Shown piece after piece: positions 9,291 through 19,398 of a DNA stretch of 64,000 nucleotides (the first letter of the stretch is position 1; every line of letters starts with the position of its first letter). The DNA is taken from NCBI GenBank assembly GCA_934101595.1, contig CAKORR010000003.1, positions 105,748 through 169,747 on the forward strand, given 5' to 3'. Made by a program: the position numbers and the translations under genes. The notes under the pieces were generated by a model, which was given only the letters and a program-made list of their open reading frames with translations, was not told where the DNA came from and searched no databases. Source of the stretch: an uncultured Bacilli bacterium (GTDB lineage Bacteria; Bacillota_I; Bacilli_A; RF39; UBA660).

Positions 9291-9925
9291 TGAAATACTT
9301 CTAAGGTTTTGCCAACTATACTTTTATCTAATTCTTTTACAAAATTAGCCCCATCACTTTTTTGACCAACAATCGAACCATAATGAATTGGAATGGCTAC
9401 TTTAGGATGAACAAGATTCGCAAACATAGCTGCTTCTTTATAGTCCATAGTAAACGTTCCGCCAACAGGAACAAATAAAATATCACATTTAACTTTAGTA
9501 TTAAGAACAATACAATCACTATCACAAACTATATAATAAATAATATTATTTACTTTTATTACGTAAGAAACATAATCGTCACTCATCTTATGGTATGGCT
9601 TATTTTCATTATAAGCTAAAATAGTTTTTACGGAATAATTTAAAATGTTATAAGAACTATTTGGCTCAACAGATACAATGTTTTCTTTTTTTATTCCTAA
9701 CTCTATTAAGGAATTTAATAAAAAATATGGAACAACGAAAATAGTATCGCTTTTCATACATTTTATTATATCATCTTTAGAAAAGTGATCATAATGATCA
9801 TGAGTTATAAATATAAGATCTGCATCATTAAATGAATTCTTAATGTTATAAGGATCAAAATAAATTATTTTATCACTTTTAATTTTTAAAGCACTTTGCC
9901 CAAACCATTCTACATTATCTATCAT
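9287..9925 (-). CDS. MBL-fold metallo-hydrolase
   Basis: ITHDHYDH metal-binding motif. Overlaps the ATPase gene end by 11 nt, so probably co-transcribed. Confidence 0.75.
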   Translation of the reverse strand: MIDNVEWFGQSALKIKSDKIIYFDPYNIKNSFNDADLIFITHDHYDHFSKDDIIKCMKSDTIFVVPYFLLNSLIELGIKKENIVSVEPNSSYNILNYSVKTILAYNENKPYHKMSDDYVSYVIKVNNIIYYIVCDSDCIVLNTKVKCDILFVPVGGTFTMDYKEAAMFANLVHPKVAIPIHYGSIVGQKSDGANFVKELDKSIVGKTLEVFH

Positions 9926-11957
9926 TTTTATTAAACCTTCTTAATATTTTCATTGAATTTAATATAGTTAGTAATGTAACACCTGTATCAGCAAATACAG
10001 CTAACCACATATTGGCTAAGCCAAAGACACTTAATAAAAGAATAACAGATTTTGTTAACAAAGCAAAAATTAAATTTTCTTTGATTACTCCACTTGTGTA
10101 TTTAGATATTTTTATGGCTAACCATATATTAGAAATATCATCATTCATTAAAACAATATCGCTCGCTAAAATAGCTGCACTTGAACCTAAAGCCCCCATC
10201 GATATTCCCACATCAGATCTTTTTAAAACAGGAGCGTCATTTATTCCATCACCAACAAAGGCTGTTAATTCATCATTCTTTTTTACTTTATCATAATAAC
10301 TGAATTTATCAGTTGGAAGTAATTCATAATATGTTTTATCTATTCCTAGATCATTAGAAACTTTAAGAGCTATTTCTTTTTTATCTCCAGTGAACATATA
10401 TGTTTTTATATTATTTTTATTTAAAAGACTTATTGTATCCTTAGCATTAGCTTTTATACTATCACTAAGCGTAATAGAAGCAACATGCTTATTATTTATA
10501 TGAAGATGCAAATTTGTTTTTACTTTACATAAGTCAAAAGAATCGTTTCCAATGGTAATTTTGTCTTTTCCAATTGTATAAGATATTCCAACGCCTTCTA
10601 ATTCTTTAAAGTTTTTAACATCATCCGTACTTACTTTTTTACCTGGTAGAGCCATTATTGAACTTGCTATTGGATGATTCGAAAAAGACTCACCCTTTTT
10701 TAAAATTGTTACTATTTCTTCTTTTTTGTATTTTTTATCTATAATATCAATATCAGTAACAGCATAATTGCCATTAGTTAATGTACCAGTTTTGTCAAAT
10801 ATTATATTCTTAATATTACTTAAATTATCTAAGTAATTACTTCCTTTTATAAGTATTCCTTTTTTACTTGAAGCTCCTATCGAAGTAAAATAAGACAGTG
10901 GAACTGAAATAGCTATAGCACAGGGACAAGAAATAACTAAAAATGTTAGAGCTCTATAAAAACTATCTTTAATAGGTATTTTAAAACCTATTGGCAATAT
11001 AACCGCCACAACAATTGCAAGTAATAAAACCAATGGTGTATATACTTTACTAATTTTAGTTACTAGAGTTTCTACGTTTGACTTTTTGTCAGTTGCATTT
11101 TCAAGTAATTCCAAAATTTGATATGCCATTGAATTATGGTATGTTTTAGTAGCTTTTATTAAAAATACCTCGCCTTTATTAACAGTACCAGAAAGAATAA
11201 CATCGCCTTTTCTCTTTTTTACAAGTAAACTTTCTCCAGTTAAGTTCGATTCATCAAGCAAAGCCTGAGAATCTTTTAATACCCCATCAACAGGTACGCT
11301 CTCACCTTTTTTTACAATTAAAATATCTCCAACTTGGCAATCTTCAACGTTTATTTTTATCGTATCATTACCAACTTTTTTATTGGCATAATTCTGTTTA
11401 AAAGCAACTAATTCCTTAACTGAATTTCTAGTGTTATTTAATGCTTTTGCTTCTAATATTTTTCCAATTAAATATAGCACAATAACCATCATGCCTTCTA
11501 AATATTCGCCTATTATAAAGGCACCTGTACATGAAATTGTGATTAACGCATTTTCATTTATGGTTTTCGATTTAAAAAATGTTTTTAAAGCACTGGTAAA
11601 TGGTTTATAAAGTAATAAACCATATGATATTAAAAATAAGATCTTTTTTAGTAAGCCACTAAAATTTATAAAGTTTGCCAAAACACCTACAAATAAACCA
11701 GATACGAGTAAAATAATCATCTTATTATTATTCGCCTCTTCTTCTTTTAATGAAACATAGGCGTCACTCTCAACTTTTTTTATCAAAGAATCTAAATAGT
11801 TTTTAGTAATCTCTTCTTCCGAAAACAAAGTAAGTTTCTTAGTATTGAAATTAATCTTAACATCAAACAAATTATCTTGTTTATTTAAAAACTCCTCTAG
11901 TTCTCTAGCACAATTTGCACAATCTAAATTATTAATTGTAAATATATATTTTTTCAT
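9915..11957 (-). CDS. cadA: Heavy-metal translocating P1B-type ATPase (Cd/Zn-type)
   Basis: N-terminal HMA CxxC (CANCARELE), TM CPC (SCPCAIAIS), DKTGTLT, GDGINDAP, and C-terminal ADTG motif typical of Zn/Cd pumps. Confidence 0.85.
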   Translation of the reverse strand: MKKYIFTINNLDCANCARELEEFLNKQDNLFDVKINFNTKKLTLFSEEEITKNYLDSLIKKVESDAYVSLKEEEANNNKMIILLVSGLFVGVLANFINFSGLLKKILFLISYGLLLYKPFTSALKTFFKSKTINENALITISCTGAFIIGEYLEGMMVIVLYLIGKILEAKALNNTRNSVKELVAFKQNYANKKVGNDTIKINVEDCQVGDILIVKKGESVPVDGVLKDSQALLDESNLTGESLLVKKRKGDVILSGTVNKGEVFLIKATKTYHNSMAYQILELLENATDKKSNVETLVTKISKVYTPLVLLLAIVVAVILPIGFKIPIKDSFYRALTFLVISCPCAIAISVPLSYFTSIGASSKKGILIKGSNYLDNLSNIKNIIFDKTGTLTNGNYAVTDIDIIDKKYKKEEIVTILKKGESFSNHPIASSIMALPGKKVSTDDVKNFKELEGVGISYTIGKDKITIGNDSFDLCKVKTNLHLHINNKHVASITLSDSIKANAKDTISLLNKNNIKTYMFTGDKKEIALKVSNDLGIDKTYYELLPTDKFSYYDKVKKNDELTAFVGDGINDAPVLKRSDVGISMGALGSSAAILASDIVLMNDDISNIWLAIKISKYTSGVIKENLIFALLTKSVILLLSVFGLANMWLAVFADTGVTLLTILNSMKILRRFNKNDR

Positions 11958-11958
11958 C

Positions 11959-12321
11959 TTAACCTCTTTTCACAACATGGTTTAAAGCTACCTCAAACAC
12001 ATCTTTTATATGATTATCACATAAAGAATAGATGACTTCTTTACCTACTTTTTTACTCTTGATTATTAAGTTTTTTTTCAAGAAACTTAACTGATGGGAA
12101 ATTGATGATTTGCTCATATTTAAAATGTTTGCAATATCACACACACATAATTCACTTTTATCTAAAGCAAACAGTATTTTAACTCTCGTTTCATCACCAA
12201 TTATTTTAAAGAAATTCTTAACTTCGAGTAAAAGATCTTTATCGATCATATTATTTTTTACTTCCATGACCTTATCTTCATGAATTATATTACAGTCACA
12301 ACAATTCTTAAATTTATTCAT
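11959..12321 (-). CDS. cadC: ArsR/SmtB-family metalloregulator, CadC-like
   Basis: wHTH with ELCVCDIANIL (CVC) plus an N-terminal Cys cluster NCCDC. Start moved to ATG 12321 after GAGGTG, because the track start is a TTG inside the operator. Confidence 0.75.
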   Translation of the reverse strand: MNKFKNCCDCNIIHEDKVMEVKNNMIDKDLLLEVKNFFKIIGDETRVKILFALDKSELCVCDIANILNMSKSSISHQLSFLKKNLIIKSKKVGKEVIYSLCDNHIKDVFEVALNHVVKRG

Positions 12322-12330
12322 ACTCACCTC

Positions 12331-12350
12331 AGTTGAATGGCTATTCAACT
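12331..12350. promoter_or_regulatory. Candidate ArsR/CadC operator (inverted repeat)
   Basis: AGTTGAAT-ggct-ATTCAACT, 8-bp perfect arms between a TTGACT-N18-TATAAT promoter (minus strand) and the RBS. Confidence 0.55.
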
Positions 12351-12383
12351 ATAATCATTATATTAAAATATATATGTAAAAGT

Positions 12384-12416
12384 CAATAAAAAAAAGACTA
12401 ACTTTTGTTAATCTTT
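12384..12416 (-). terminator. Intrinsic terminator after the RNase J paralogue
   Basis: Minus strand AAAGATTAAC-aaaa-GTTAGTCTTT followed by T8. Confidence 0.6.
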
Positions 12417-14051
12417 CTAAACTTCTTGAACAACTGCGATAATCATAGGCTTACACTCTGTTTCGCTATATAAATATCGGCTTAATTCCTCACGGATTTC
12501 ATTTTTTATTTTATTATAATCAACGTATGTAGGTGTTATATTCCTTTCAATTATAATTTCACAAATATTTTTTATTTCCGCAATCATCTCACTAGAATCC
12601 TTAATATATATAAACCCTCTCGTAGTTACTTCCGGGCCAACTAAAATGATTCTTTCTTTTTTAGATACCGTTGCACTAATTAATACTATGCCATTTTCGG
12701 ATAGCATTTCTCTATCTTTTAATACCAATTCTCCAATATCATCATTGGTATTACCATCTATTAATATGTCATTAACTTTGATATGTTGGAAATCATCAAT
12801 TAAATTGCCATCAACAATTGTAACAACATCACCATTTTGTTTCAATAAAATATTTTCTTTTGGAATATTTAGTAAATTAGCATTATTAGCACTTGCGACC
12901 ATATAACGATACTCACCTTTTACTGGCATAAAATATTTAGGATTCATTAACTTTATCATTAACATTAAATCTTCACTTGAAGCATGATGTAATATGGTTT
13001 TATCTTTTGGAATTGTAACTATACGACATCCAAACGTTGCTAAATCATTACATAATTTTACAAGAGCTTTTTCCGTACTATCATAACGAGGCTCCGAAAA
13101 AACTATAGAATCTGTTTTTCTTAATTTAATAAACTTATCATATCCGCTTATTATTTTATTCATCGTAGCATAAGGTGTTTTTTTGTCATCACAAATTAAT
13201 AAAATTGCATTTTCATCTTCTATATTGGTTAGATCTCCAAGTAAATCATCCGGGAATTTTAAATATCCCTCATTTTTAGCAAAGTTAACCATATTTTGCA
13301 ATTTTTTTCCCATAATAACTACTTTACGATGTGTATTTAATGAAGCATTAAATATCTCTTGGATCGTATACAAGTGAGTTGGTAAAACCAAAAATATAAA
13401 TCTTTTATCATCATAATTGATTGTATCTTTAAAAAACGAAGTTAAACGATGATTAGGAGATGTATGACCGACTCTTTCGGAATAAACTGATTCACTTAAT
13501 AAAGCTAAAACGCCTTGTTTTCCAACATAAGCTATTTTCCCAAGATCCATATCATATGCGCCATTCATACTAGGATCGATGATAAAATCGCCTGTATAAC
13601 AAATAGCACCATCTTTAGTATTTAAGCAATACATAACAGAATCTGGAGCAGAATGAGAAACGCTTATTGGAAATACCGAGCAATCCTTAAAGTTTATTTT
13701 TTTATGAGGTTTAATTTCTACAATATTTTTTTCATTAACGCCATCATCAAGCAATATATATTTAGTGAATTTTGTTGAATAAATTTTTAAATTAGGACAA
13801 CTCTCAAGTAAGTCTTTAACTCCGCCCATATTTTCATAATGGCCATGTGTCAAAAATATGCCTTTAACTCTGTTTTTATTTTGCTCAATATAAGAATAAT
13901 CAGGAATTACGTAATCAATTCCGTAAAGATTTCCAGTAGCGTATTTTAAACCACAATCAAAAACAAAAATATCATCATTTACTTCAACTATATAGGTGTT
14001 TTTACCATTTTCATTTAATCCACCCAAACTAAAAATTTTTATTTTACTCAT
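12417..14051 (-). CDS. rnjB: Ribonuclease J paralogue with degenerate metal motif (J2-like)
   Basis: Collinear with the 22299..23984 RNase J (beta-lactamase, beta-CASP and C-terminal domains). Motif II reads HGHYENMGG instead of HGHEDHIGG. Confidence 0.8.
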   Translation of the reverse strand: MSKIKIFSLGGLNENGKNTYIVEVNDDIFVFDCGLKYATGNLYGIDYVIPDYSYIEQNKNRVKGIFLTHGHYENMGGVKDLLESCPNLKIYSTKFTKYILLDDGVNEKNIVEIKPHKKINFKDCSVFPISVSHSAPDSVMYCLNTKDGAICYTGDFIIDPSMNGAYDMDLGKIAYVGKQGVLALLSESVYSERVGHTSPNHRLTSFFKDTINYDDKRFIFLVLPTHLYTIQEIFNASLNTHRKVVIMGKKLQNMVNFAKNEGYLKFPDDLLGDLTNIEDENAILLICDDKKTPYATMNKIISGYDKFIKLRKTDSIVFSEPRYDSTEKALVKLCNDLATFGCRIVTIPKDKTILHHASSEDLMLMIKLMNPKYFMPVKGEYRYMVASANNANLLNIPKENILLKQNGDVVTIVDGNLIDDFQHIKVNDILIDGNTNDDIGELVLKDREMLSENGIVLISATVSKKERIILVGPEVTTRGFIYIKDSSEMIAEIKNICEIIIERNITPTYVDYNKIKNEIREELSRYLYSETECKPMIIAVVQEV

Positions 14052-14134
14052 TTTTATCTTTCCTTTTCTATAAACTAAATAAAAGTTCTTCGCTTTAGTA
14101 ATTATAACAAAGAACTTTTACAAAATCAAATTTT

Positions 14135-14419
14135 TTATAATTCTAGTTCATCAAGAACAGATGGATCAATATTTATATCTGGTATCAAATGACTATTTTC
14201 TCTTAGCTTTTTTTCCACATAATCTAAATCGCAATAAAATATTTCAGGATAATCACTTAAAAGCCTTTCAGGATGAACTATGCCTTCATTTTTCAAGACT
14301 TTTAACATGTTAATAATTTTTAATTCGTTAAGAACATAATAATTTTTATCATCATCTGAAACACCATTTAAAGAACCATTTTTTATAAAATTTTCTATAC
14401 TAAATTCTTCCAATTTCAA
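14135..14419 (-). CDS. Small hypothetical protein (last gene of the unknown three-gene operon)
   Basis: ORF overlaps the stop of the upstream gene (GGGAGGAATTGA). The start is TTG at 14419 or, with better spacing, 14413. Confidence 0.5.
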   Translation of the reverse strand: MKLEEFSIENFIKNGSLNGVSDDDKNYYVLNELKIINMLKVLKNEGIVHPERLLSDYPEIFYCDLDYVEKKLRENSHLIPDINIDPSVLDELEL

Positions 14420-16218
14420 TTCCTCCCAAATGAATATTGCAATCCCAATGTATCAATAATATCTTTTGCCCTATCACTTGTAATAATTTTTCCATAAAAT
14501 ATTGAGTATAATAAAGCATCATTTAAAGAAAATTTATTCATTTGTTTTAATTTAAAATACTTAGTTAAAACTTTTTTCCTTGATATTATTTCGTCGCCTA
14601 TCACATATTCGTATTCGCTTGTTTTATATTTTTCTAATAAACTAATATATGGGTCATTTAATATATCTTCAGTATACGAAATGTCATAGTCGCTTAAAGA
14701 GACATCTTCCATTTCTTTTTTGTTTTCTAACTTTAGATCAAATAAATCTAGTTTTTGTTTTAACTGTTCCATATCCTCAATTGATATTTTTCTTAGAGGA
14801 TTATCACATTTAAACTCAACTTTTAAACCTCTGGAACTTTTTATACCTAGCATATACTCATCACCAGGATGGGTCAAATGATAGCTATAAAGTCCAATTA
14901 AATCAGCATCTAAAACATTTTGAATAGCTGATGGATAAGATTTTACATAACTATATAAGTTTGCTTCAATTAATTTATCAATTTTATCAGTCACACTTGA
15001 GCAGCTTAAAATGAATGCACCAGTTTTAGACAAATTATCATTATCAATAATTCCATACATTAATAACACTCTATAATTATAGTCAAGTCTTCGAGCACTA
15101 GTTTGCAAAGCCTTTATAAAGCCTCTTTCATTATTAACATGAAAACCTTTTTCTTTCAAATACCTTAATGATTCAACTCGTTCATTTAAAGATCCACTAT
15201 TAGCATTAGCTTTTAAATATTCAGCTTTTTTTGGAGTATCGAATTTCGTTTTTTCTTTTGCCGATCTCCCAATCCGTCCATTTAAAGAGCTTTCTCCTAA
15301 GTTGTTTTTCCAAATACAAGCACTATCTAAAAAATAGCTTTGTAACAAATTATTATTACTTAAAAACTCATATGTACTTTTTACTGAAGAAATAGTTGCA
15401 AAAGTAATAATAGTAATTAAATTAACAGGAGTAAACACTTTAATAATATTTTTATCTCTAAAGAAACTTAAAATATTTCGAGCATTTTCTAGGCTTCCAT
15501 AGTTTGCGATTTCTTGACGATACTTATTGACTTCTCTAATATATGTATCATCTAAATCGTAATCGTTTTTTAAACTGTCGATCAACTCTTCAATATTTAA
15601 TTTTGGAGTTTTCTTTGACTCGTTTTTTAAGATTTCTGTATTGTAATTATATATAAAAGATAAAGCACTAAATTTATCAACATAACTTAATTTATCAATT
15701 AATTCCATAACAAACTTTAATTCATCATCATATATTAACTCTTTATTATTTGGATCCTGAATTTTATCAATTAAATCCTCAAGCATTATAATCTTTATTT
15801 CATTATTATCGTCATATTGTTTTTCTAAAAGTTTAGATAGCTCAGCATTAATAACATTTTGTATTTCAATTACATAACTAACAATACTATCTAAAAATTC
15901 TTCTTGATTACTATCCAAGAAAATTGGATATTGTAGTTTTACTTTACCATTTAGGATAAATAATATATCATCTATTTTTTTAGTAAGTTCTTCTTTTGGC
16001 AAACTAGGATAATAAGTAGTTAATAGATCTATTAATTTAGATGTATCAATATCAATTATATTTTCTTTGTTTTCATTCAGTTTGCCACTAATACCTTCAA
16101 CATTTTCTAAATCATTTTTTAGACTTTTTTCTTTACCAGAGTTTAAATCACTTAGGGATTCATTATATAAAATATATAGTCTATCTAATTCTTCTTTTAA
16201 AATTTCTACCAAAGTCAT
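14416..16218 (-). CDS. Hypothetical helical-repeat protein, about 600 aa
   Basis: Start moved to ATG 16218 (MTLVEIL), one nt after the upstream TAA and preceded by AGGGTG. No family recognised. Confidence 0.6.
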   Translation of the reverse strand: MTLVEILKEELDRLYILYNESLSDLNSGKEKSLKNDLENVEGISGKLNENKENIIDIDTSKLIDLLTTYYPSLPKEELTKKIDDILFILNGKVKLQYPIFLDSNQEEFLDSIVSYVIEIQNVINAELSKLLEKQYDDNNEIKIIMLEDLIDKIQDPNNKELIYDDELKFVMELIDKLSYVDKFSALSFIYNYNTEILKNESKKTPKLNIEELIDSLKNDYDLDDTYIREVNKYRQEIANYGSLENARNILSFFRDKNIIKVFTPVNLITIITFATISSVKSTYEFLSNNNLLQSYFLDSACIWKNNLGESSLNGRIGRSAKEKTKFDTPKKAEYLKANANSGSLNERVESLRYLKEKGFHVNNERGFIKALQTSARRLDYNYRVLLMYGIIDNDNLSKTGAFILSCSSVTDKIDKLIEANLYSYVKSYPSAIQNVLDADLIGLYSYHLTHPGDEYMLGIKSSRGLKVEFKCDNPLRKISIEDMEQLKQKLDLFDLKLENKKEMEDVSLSDYDISYTEDILNDPYISLLEKYKTSEYEYVIGDEIISRKKVLTKYFKLKQMNKFSLNDALLYSIFYGKIITSDRAKDIIDTLGLQYSFGRN

Positions 16219-16219
16219 T

Positions 16220-17611
16220 TTACACCCTACTTCCTGATGAAAAATTTTTATTATACACTTTATCATGTATTTCTGCTAACGTCTTTAATTCTTCATTATC
16301 TTTTTTTTCTGAAAAAAGTTGTAATTCTTTTATATAATCATAATTAGAATTAACTATTCGTATTGTATTCATGAAGATATTTTTGCTCTTATCGCCTATA
16401 ATTATTAACACTATATCATTTGCAAGTTCAATATAGCTAAGGGCTACATTTTCACCATCAAGTTCATATGCCGATAAACCATTTTCAATACCTTTTATGT
16501 AGCGAGCATTACCCGTTTTACCATTTTTAATTTTTTCTTCAAGCTTTTGAAAAGATTTTATTTCATCGGTATTAAAACCAGTTGTGTTAAAAAATGGCAC
16601 AAAATTATTACTATCAACTAAATAAATAACTGTTTTCTCTGGCAAACTTTTAGAGTCTTTATTCTCTTTTTCTTTATAGTAATCATAATAAGCTTCCGTC
16701 TTAGATAAAGTTTTTTTAATTTCTTCCAAATACATTTTTATATCATTAATTTCACTAAGAGTCTCAGCACTATCAATGAATTTCGTTGTGCTTTCTAGTT
16801 TTTCATCAATAGCATTTATACTTTTTACAATAGAAACCTCATCTAAATCCAAATCAGGATAAATGGCTATTAATGAATCAAAATTACCTCTTAATTCGTC
16901 TTCACTATAGTTTAAGAAGTGATTTAATGAATAATCTTTATATTTGTTAATTAACATAAATGCTCGGGCTTTCAAAGCATTAATTCTTTCTTCAAGGGCT
17001 TTATAAGTTTCTATAAGACCCACCTTTATATCATCAAACATAGGATTTTTTACAATTGTTACGGGTTCAATTAGTTCTTCATTATCATAAGTTTCGTCTT
17101 GAACTTCTTCTTTTTTAGGACGTGGTGGACAAGTTTCTAGTGTTATTTTTAATAATATAGATATTTTTTCTTCTTCATTAATATCCATACTATCCAAAAT
17201 AACTTTTACCATGTACATATCAAAAAATTCACCATTAATCATGTTTGTTAAGAGACTATTTCTCTTTTTTATTTCTTCAACTTTTTTGGTAGCCTGTTTA
17301 TATTTAGCAATTGCACTAATAAATATAGGATTTTTATTAATTTCATTAATCAAATCTTTAAATTGACTCAAAAACATCTTGTCATTAAGAATAAAATACT
17401 TTACGATATTTAATTGCGATTTTAAATCACCAAGAAATTGATCATAATCACTTTCTAATAAAACCATCAGATCATTTATATCCTTTGTTTGCAAATATTT
17501 AACAACTATTTCATAAAAATCTTTTTCTTTTTGGTGTTCTTCCAAAGATTTATCATAATCGCTTTTAATACTTTCTACCTTTTTTAGAAATTCGTTGTAT
17601 GAATTATCCAT
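16220..17611 (-). CDS. Hypothetical protein, 463 aa, with possible C-terminal RelE/Gp49-like module
   Basis: Long helical N-terminal part. The C-terminus YIKGIENGLSAYELDGENVALSYIELANDIVLIIIGDKSK resembles the HigB/Gp49 beta-core by eye only. Confidence 0.55.
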   Translation of the reverse strand: MDNSYNEFLKKVESIKSDYDKSLEEHQKEKDFYEIVVKYLQTKDINDLMVLLESDYDQFLGDLKSQLNIVKYFILNDKMFLSQFKDLINEINKNPIFISAIAKYKQATKKVEEIKKRNSLLTNMINGEFFDMYMVKVILDSMDINEEEKISILLKITLETCPPRPKKEEVQDETYDNEELIEPVTIVKNPMFDDIKVGLIETYKALEERINALKARAFMLINKYKDYSLNHFLNYSEDELRGNFDSLIAIYPDLDLDEVSIVKSINAIDEKLESTTKFIDSAETLSEINDIKMYLEEIKKTLSKTEAYYDYYKEKENKDSKSLPEKTVIYLVDSNNFVPFFNTTGFNTDEIKSFQKLEEKIKNGKTGNARYIKGIENGLSAYELDGENVALSYIELANDIVLIIIGDKSKNIFMNTIRIVNSNYDYIKELQLFSEKKDNEELKTLAEIHDKVYNKNFSSGSRV

Positions 17612-17667
17612 AAGCGCTCACATCCTATTATAATATTAACATTTTATTTATTTAAAAGCAATCAACC

Positions 17668-18021
17668 TCACAAACTATTTTTTATAAATTTCATTATAAC
17701 ACAAACTATATAGTCTACTTCCCTGTCAGTAAGGATGTGATTACTAGATATGTGATGCCATTTTTCCAAGCACTTTCTACAACAAGTTGCAGTGGCATGT
17801 TGGGCAATAAAAACTGGGTGATTTTTCATAGGCGTTTGCTTACCATCACAAAATGTGCTTGGATCTTTTAATCTTTTTTTTACGAACTCCTCGGCATGAC
17901 TTTTAATAACATCCAAACCTTTTTCTTTTATATACAGTTTATCTTTTAAAGATAGTTTAAAATTACTTCTAAATTTTGACATTTGTAATTTAGCTAATAT
18001 TAAATCAATTTGATTTTTCAT
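17668..18021 (-). CDS. DUF4186 domain protein
   Basis: DGKQTPMKNHPVFIAQHATATCCRKCLEKWH is the characteristic DUF4186 core. Confidence 0.7.
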   Translation of the reverse strand: MKNQIDLILAKLQMSKFRSNFKLSLKDKLYIKEKGLDVIKSHAEEFVKKRLKDPSTFCDGKQTPMKNHPVFIAQHATATCCRKCLEKWHHISSNHILTDREVDYIVCVIMKFIKNSL

Positions 18022-18391
18022 AGTTCCATAATCCTAAAGATCCTTTCACATATATTGGTTCTTTATACATTTTTATATCTTCTAACTTCCAAGCATATAA
18101 AGAATTATAATTGTTCTTTTTATATACAAGGGGATTAACTCTTTCAAGTTTTAGAATAAATTCTGGCGTAACTTTAATACAATCTGTTAAAGTAGCCTCG
18201 CCTATAATCGCTCCATTTATATACTTGAAATTATATATAGAAAATTTGATAAGTTCTTCTTTCTTAAAAGACTTACTGGCATGGATATATATTTTTCCTC
18301 GATATTTAGTTTGCCAACTTCTAAATTCATATTCTTTTAAACCGTTTACTATTAAAGTAGCCCAAGGATTTTTAATACTTAAAGCTTTCAT
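18005..18391 (-). CDS. ASCH (PUA-like) domain protein
   Basis: MKALSIKNPWATLIVNGLKEYEFRSW...IYIHASK pattern of ASCH domains. Confidence 0.7.
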   Translation of the reverse strand: MKALSIKNPWATLIVNGLKEYEFRSWQTKYRGKIYIHASKSFKKEELIKFSIYNFKYINGAIIGEATLTDCIKVTPEFILKLERVNPLVYKKNNYNSLYAWKLEDIKMYKEPIYVKGSLGLWNYEKSN

Positions 18392-18393
18392 TA

Positions 18394-19317
18394 CTATTCA
18401 CCCACCAATTTCTTTATCGCTTTTTCATAAACTTTTTTACCAATTTCGTAATTATCTTTCGAAGATAGAATAAAGTTTTTAAGCATTACGCCACTATTAA
18501 TTTCTAAGACCATAAACTTATTATCTGATGTTTTTATAATATCAATACTACAAAATGAAGTATCTATTTTCTCTATAATACTATTTACAATTTTTTTAAT
18601 TTCTTTTAATTCATCACAGGTGATATTCTTATTTGCTCTAGAACCATTTGAAAGGTTAAATTTCCAAGTATAAACATATTTTTCATTACTTTTTAAAACC
18701 TTATTAAGCTTTTTACTTTGCACATTCTTAAAAAATGGGTAATTAAAAGAACATAATAATTCTTTAATACTTTTTTCTCCATCCCCAAAAACAATTGGCA
18801 ATTCTTTTTTATAAACTAACATTATTTCTTTATCTAAAACTATAGCTCGATATTCATTAATTATCTTATAAAAAGGACAAACACTATATGAATTTTTTGT
18901 ATGTAGCTTATTATAAAATTTCATTAGTTTTTTATAATTGTTAAATCTCATAACGTTTTGTCCACAAGTGCCACTATTTGGTTTAATTACTATGTCACGA
19001 TTATTATCCATAAATAAACGTTTTAAATATTTAGCTCCTTGTAAGTATTTAGCATATGAATGTGTATCATATTTCGAATACAATAAATCATGATGGCATA
19101 TTGGAATACTTAATTTTTTCAACACATCATAAGTTGCGTATTTATCATCCAATATTTTTCCTAAAGCATGACTATTATTATCAAATTTATATCCGGTAAT
19201 AAATTTAACCTTATCGTTCTTTTTCAACATAAGTACCCAATCATTTGATAATGCCTGATACTCTATTTTATTTTTTTTACATATTTTTTCTATTAATAAA
19301 CGAACTGTACTATCCAT
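18394..19317 (-). CDS. ATP-grasp ligase (RimK / cyanophycin-synthetase-N-like)
   Basis: DKYATYDVLKKLSIP, IVIKPNSGTCGQNV, EYRAIVL, KFNLSNGSRA and MVLEINSGV motifs. Own promoter TTGTAA-N18-TATAAT with RBS GGTGA. Confidence 0.7.
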   Translation of the reverse strand: MDSTVRLLIEKICKKNKIEYQALSNDWVLMLKKNDKVKFITGYKFDNNSHALGKILDDKYATYDVLKKLSIPICHHDLLYSKYDTHSYAKYLQGAKYLKRLFMDNNRDIVIKPNSGTCGQNVMRFNNYKKLMKFYNKLHTKNSYSVCPFYKIINEYRAIVLDKEIMLVYKKELPIVFGDGEKSIKELLCSFNYPFFKNVQSKKLNKVLKSNEKYVYTWKFNLSNGSRANKNITCDELKEIKKIVNSIIEKIDTSFCSIDIIKTSDNKFMVLEINSGVMLKNFILSSKDNYEIGKKVYEKAIKKLVGE

Positions 19318-19398
19318 TTTATCACCAGGCCTAATTATACTCTAAAATAAAATATCTTTACAATAAAAAAGAAAAGCATTGAAAACTTTTCCTCTTAA

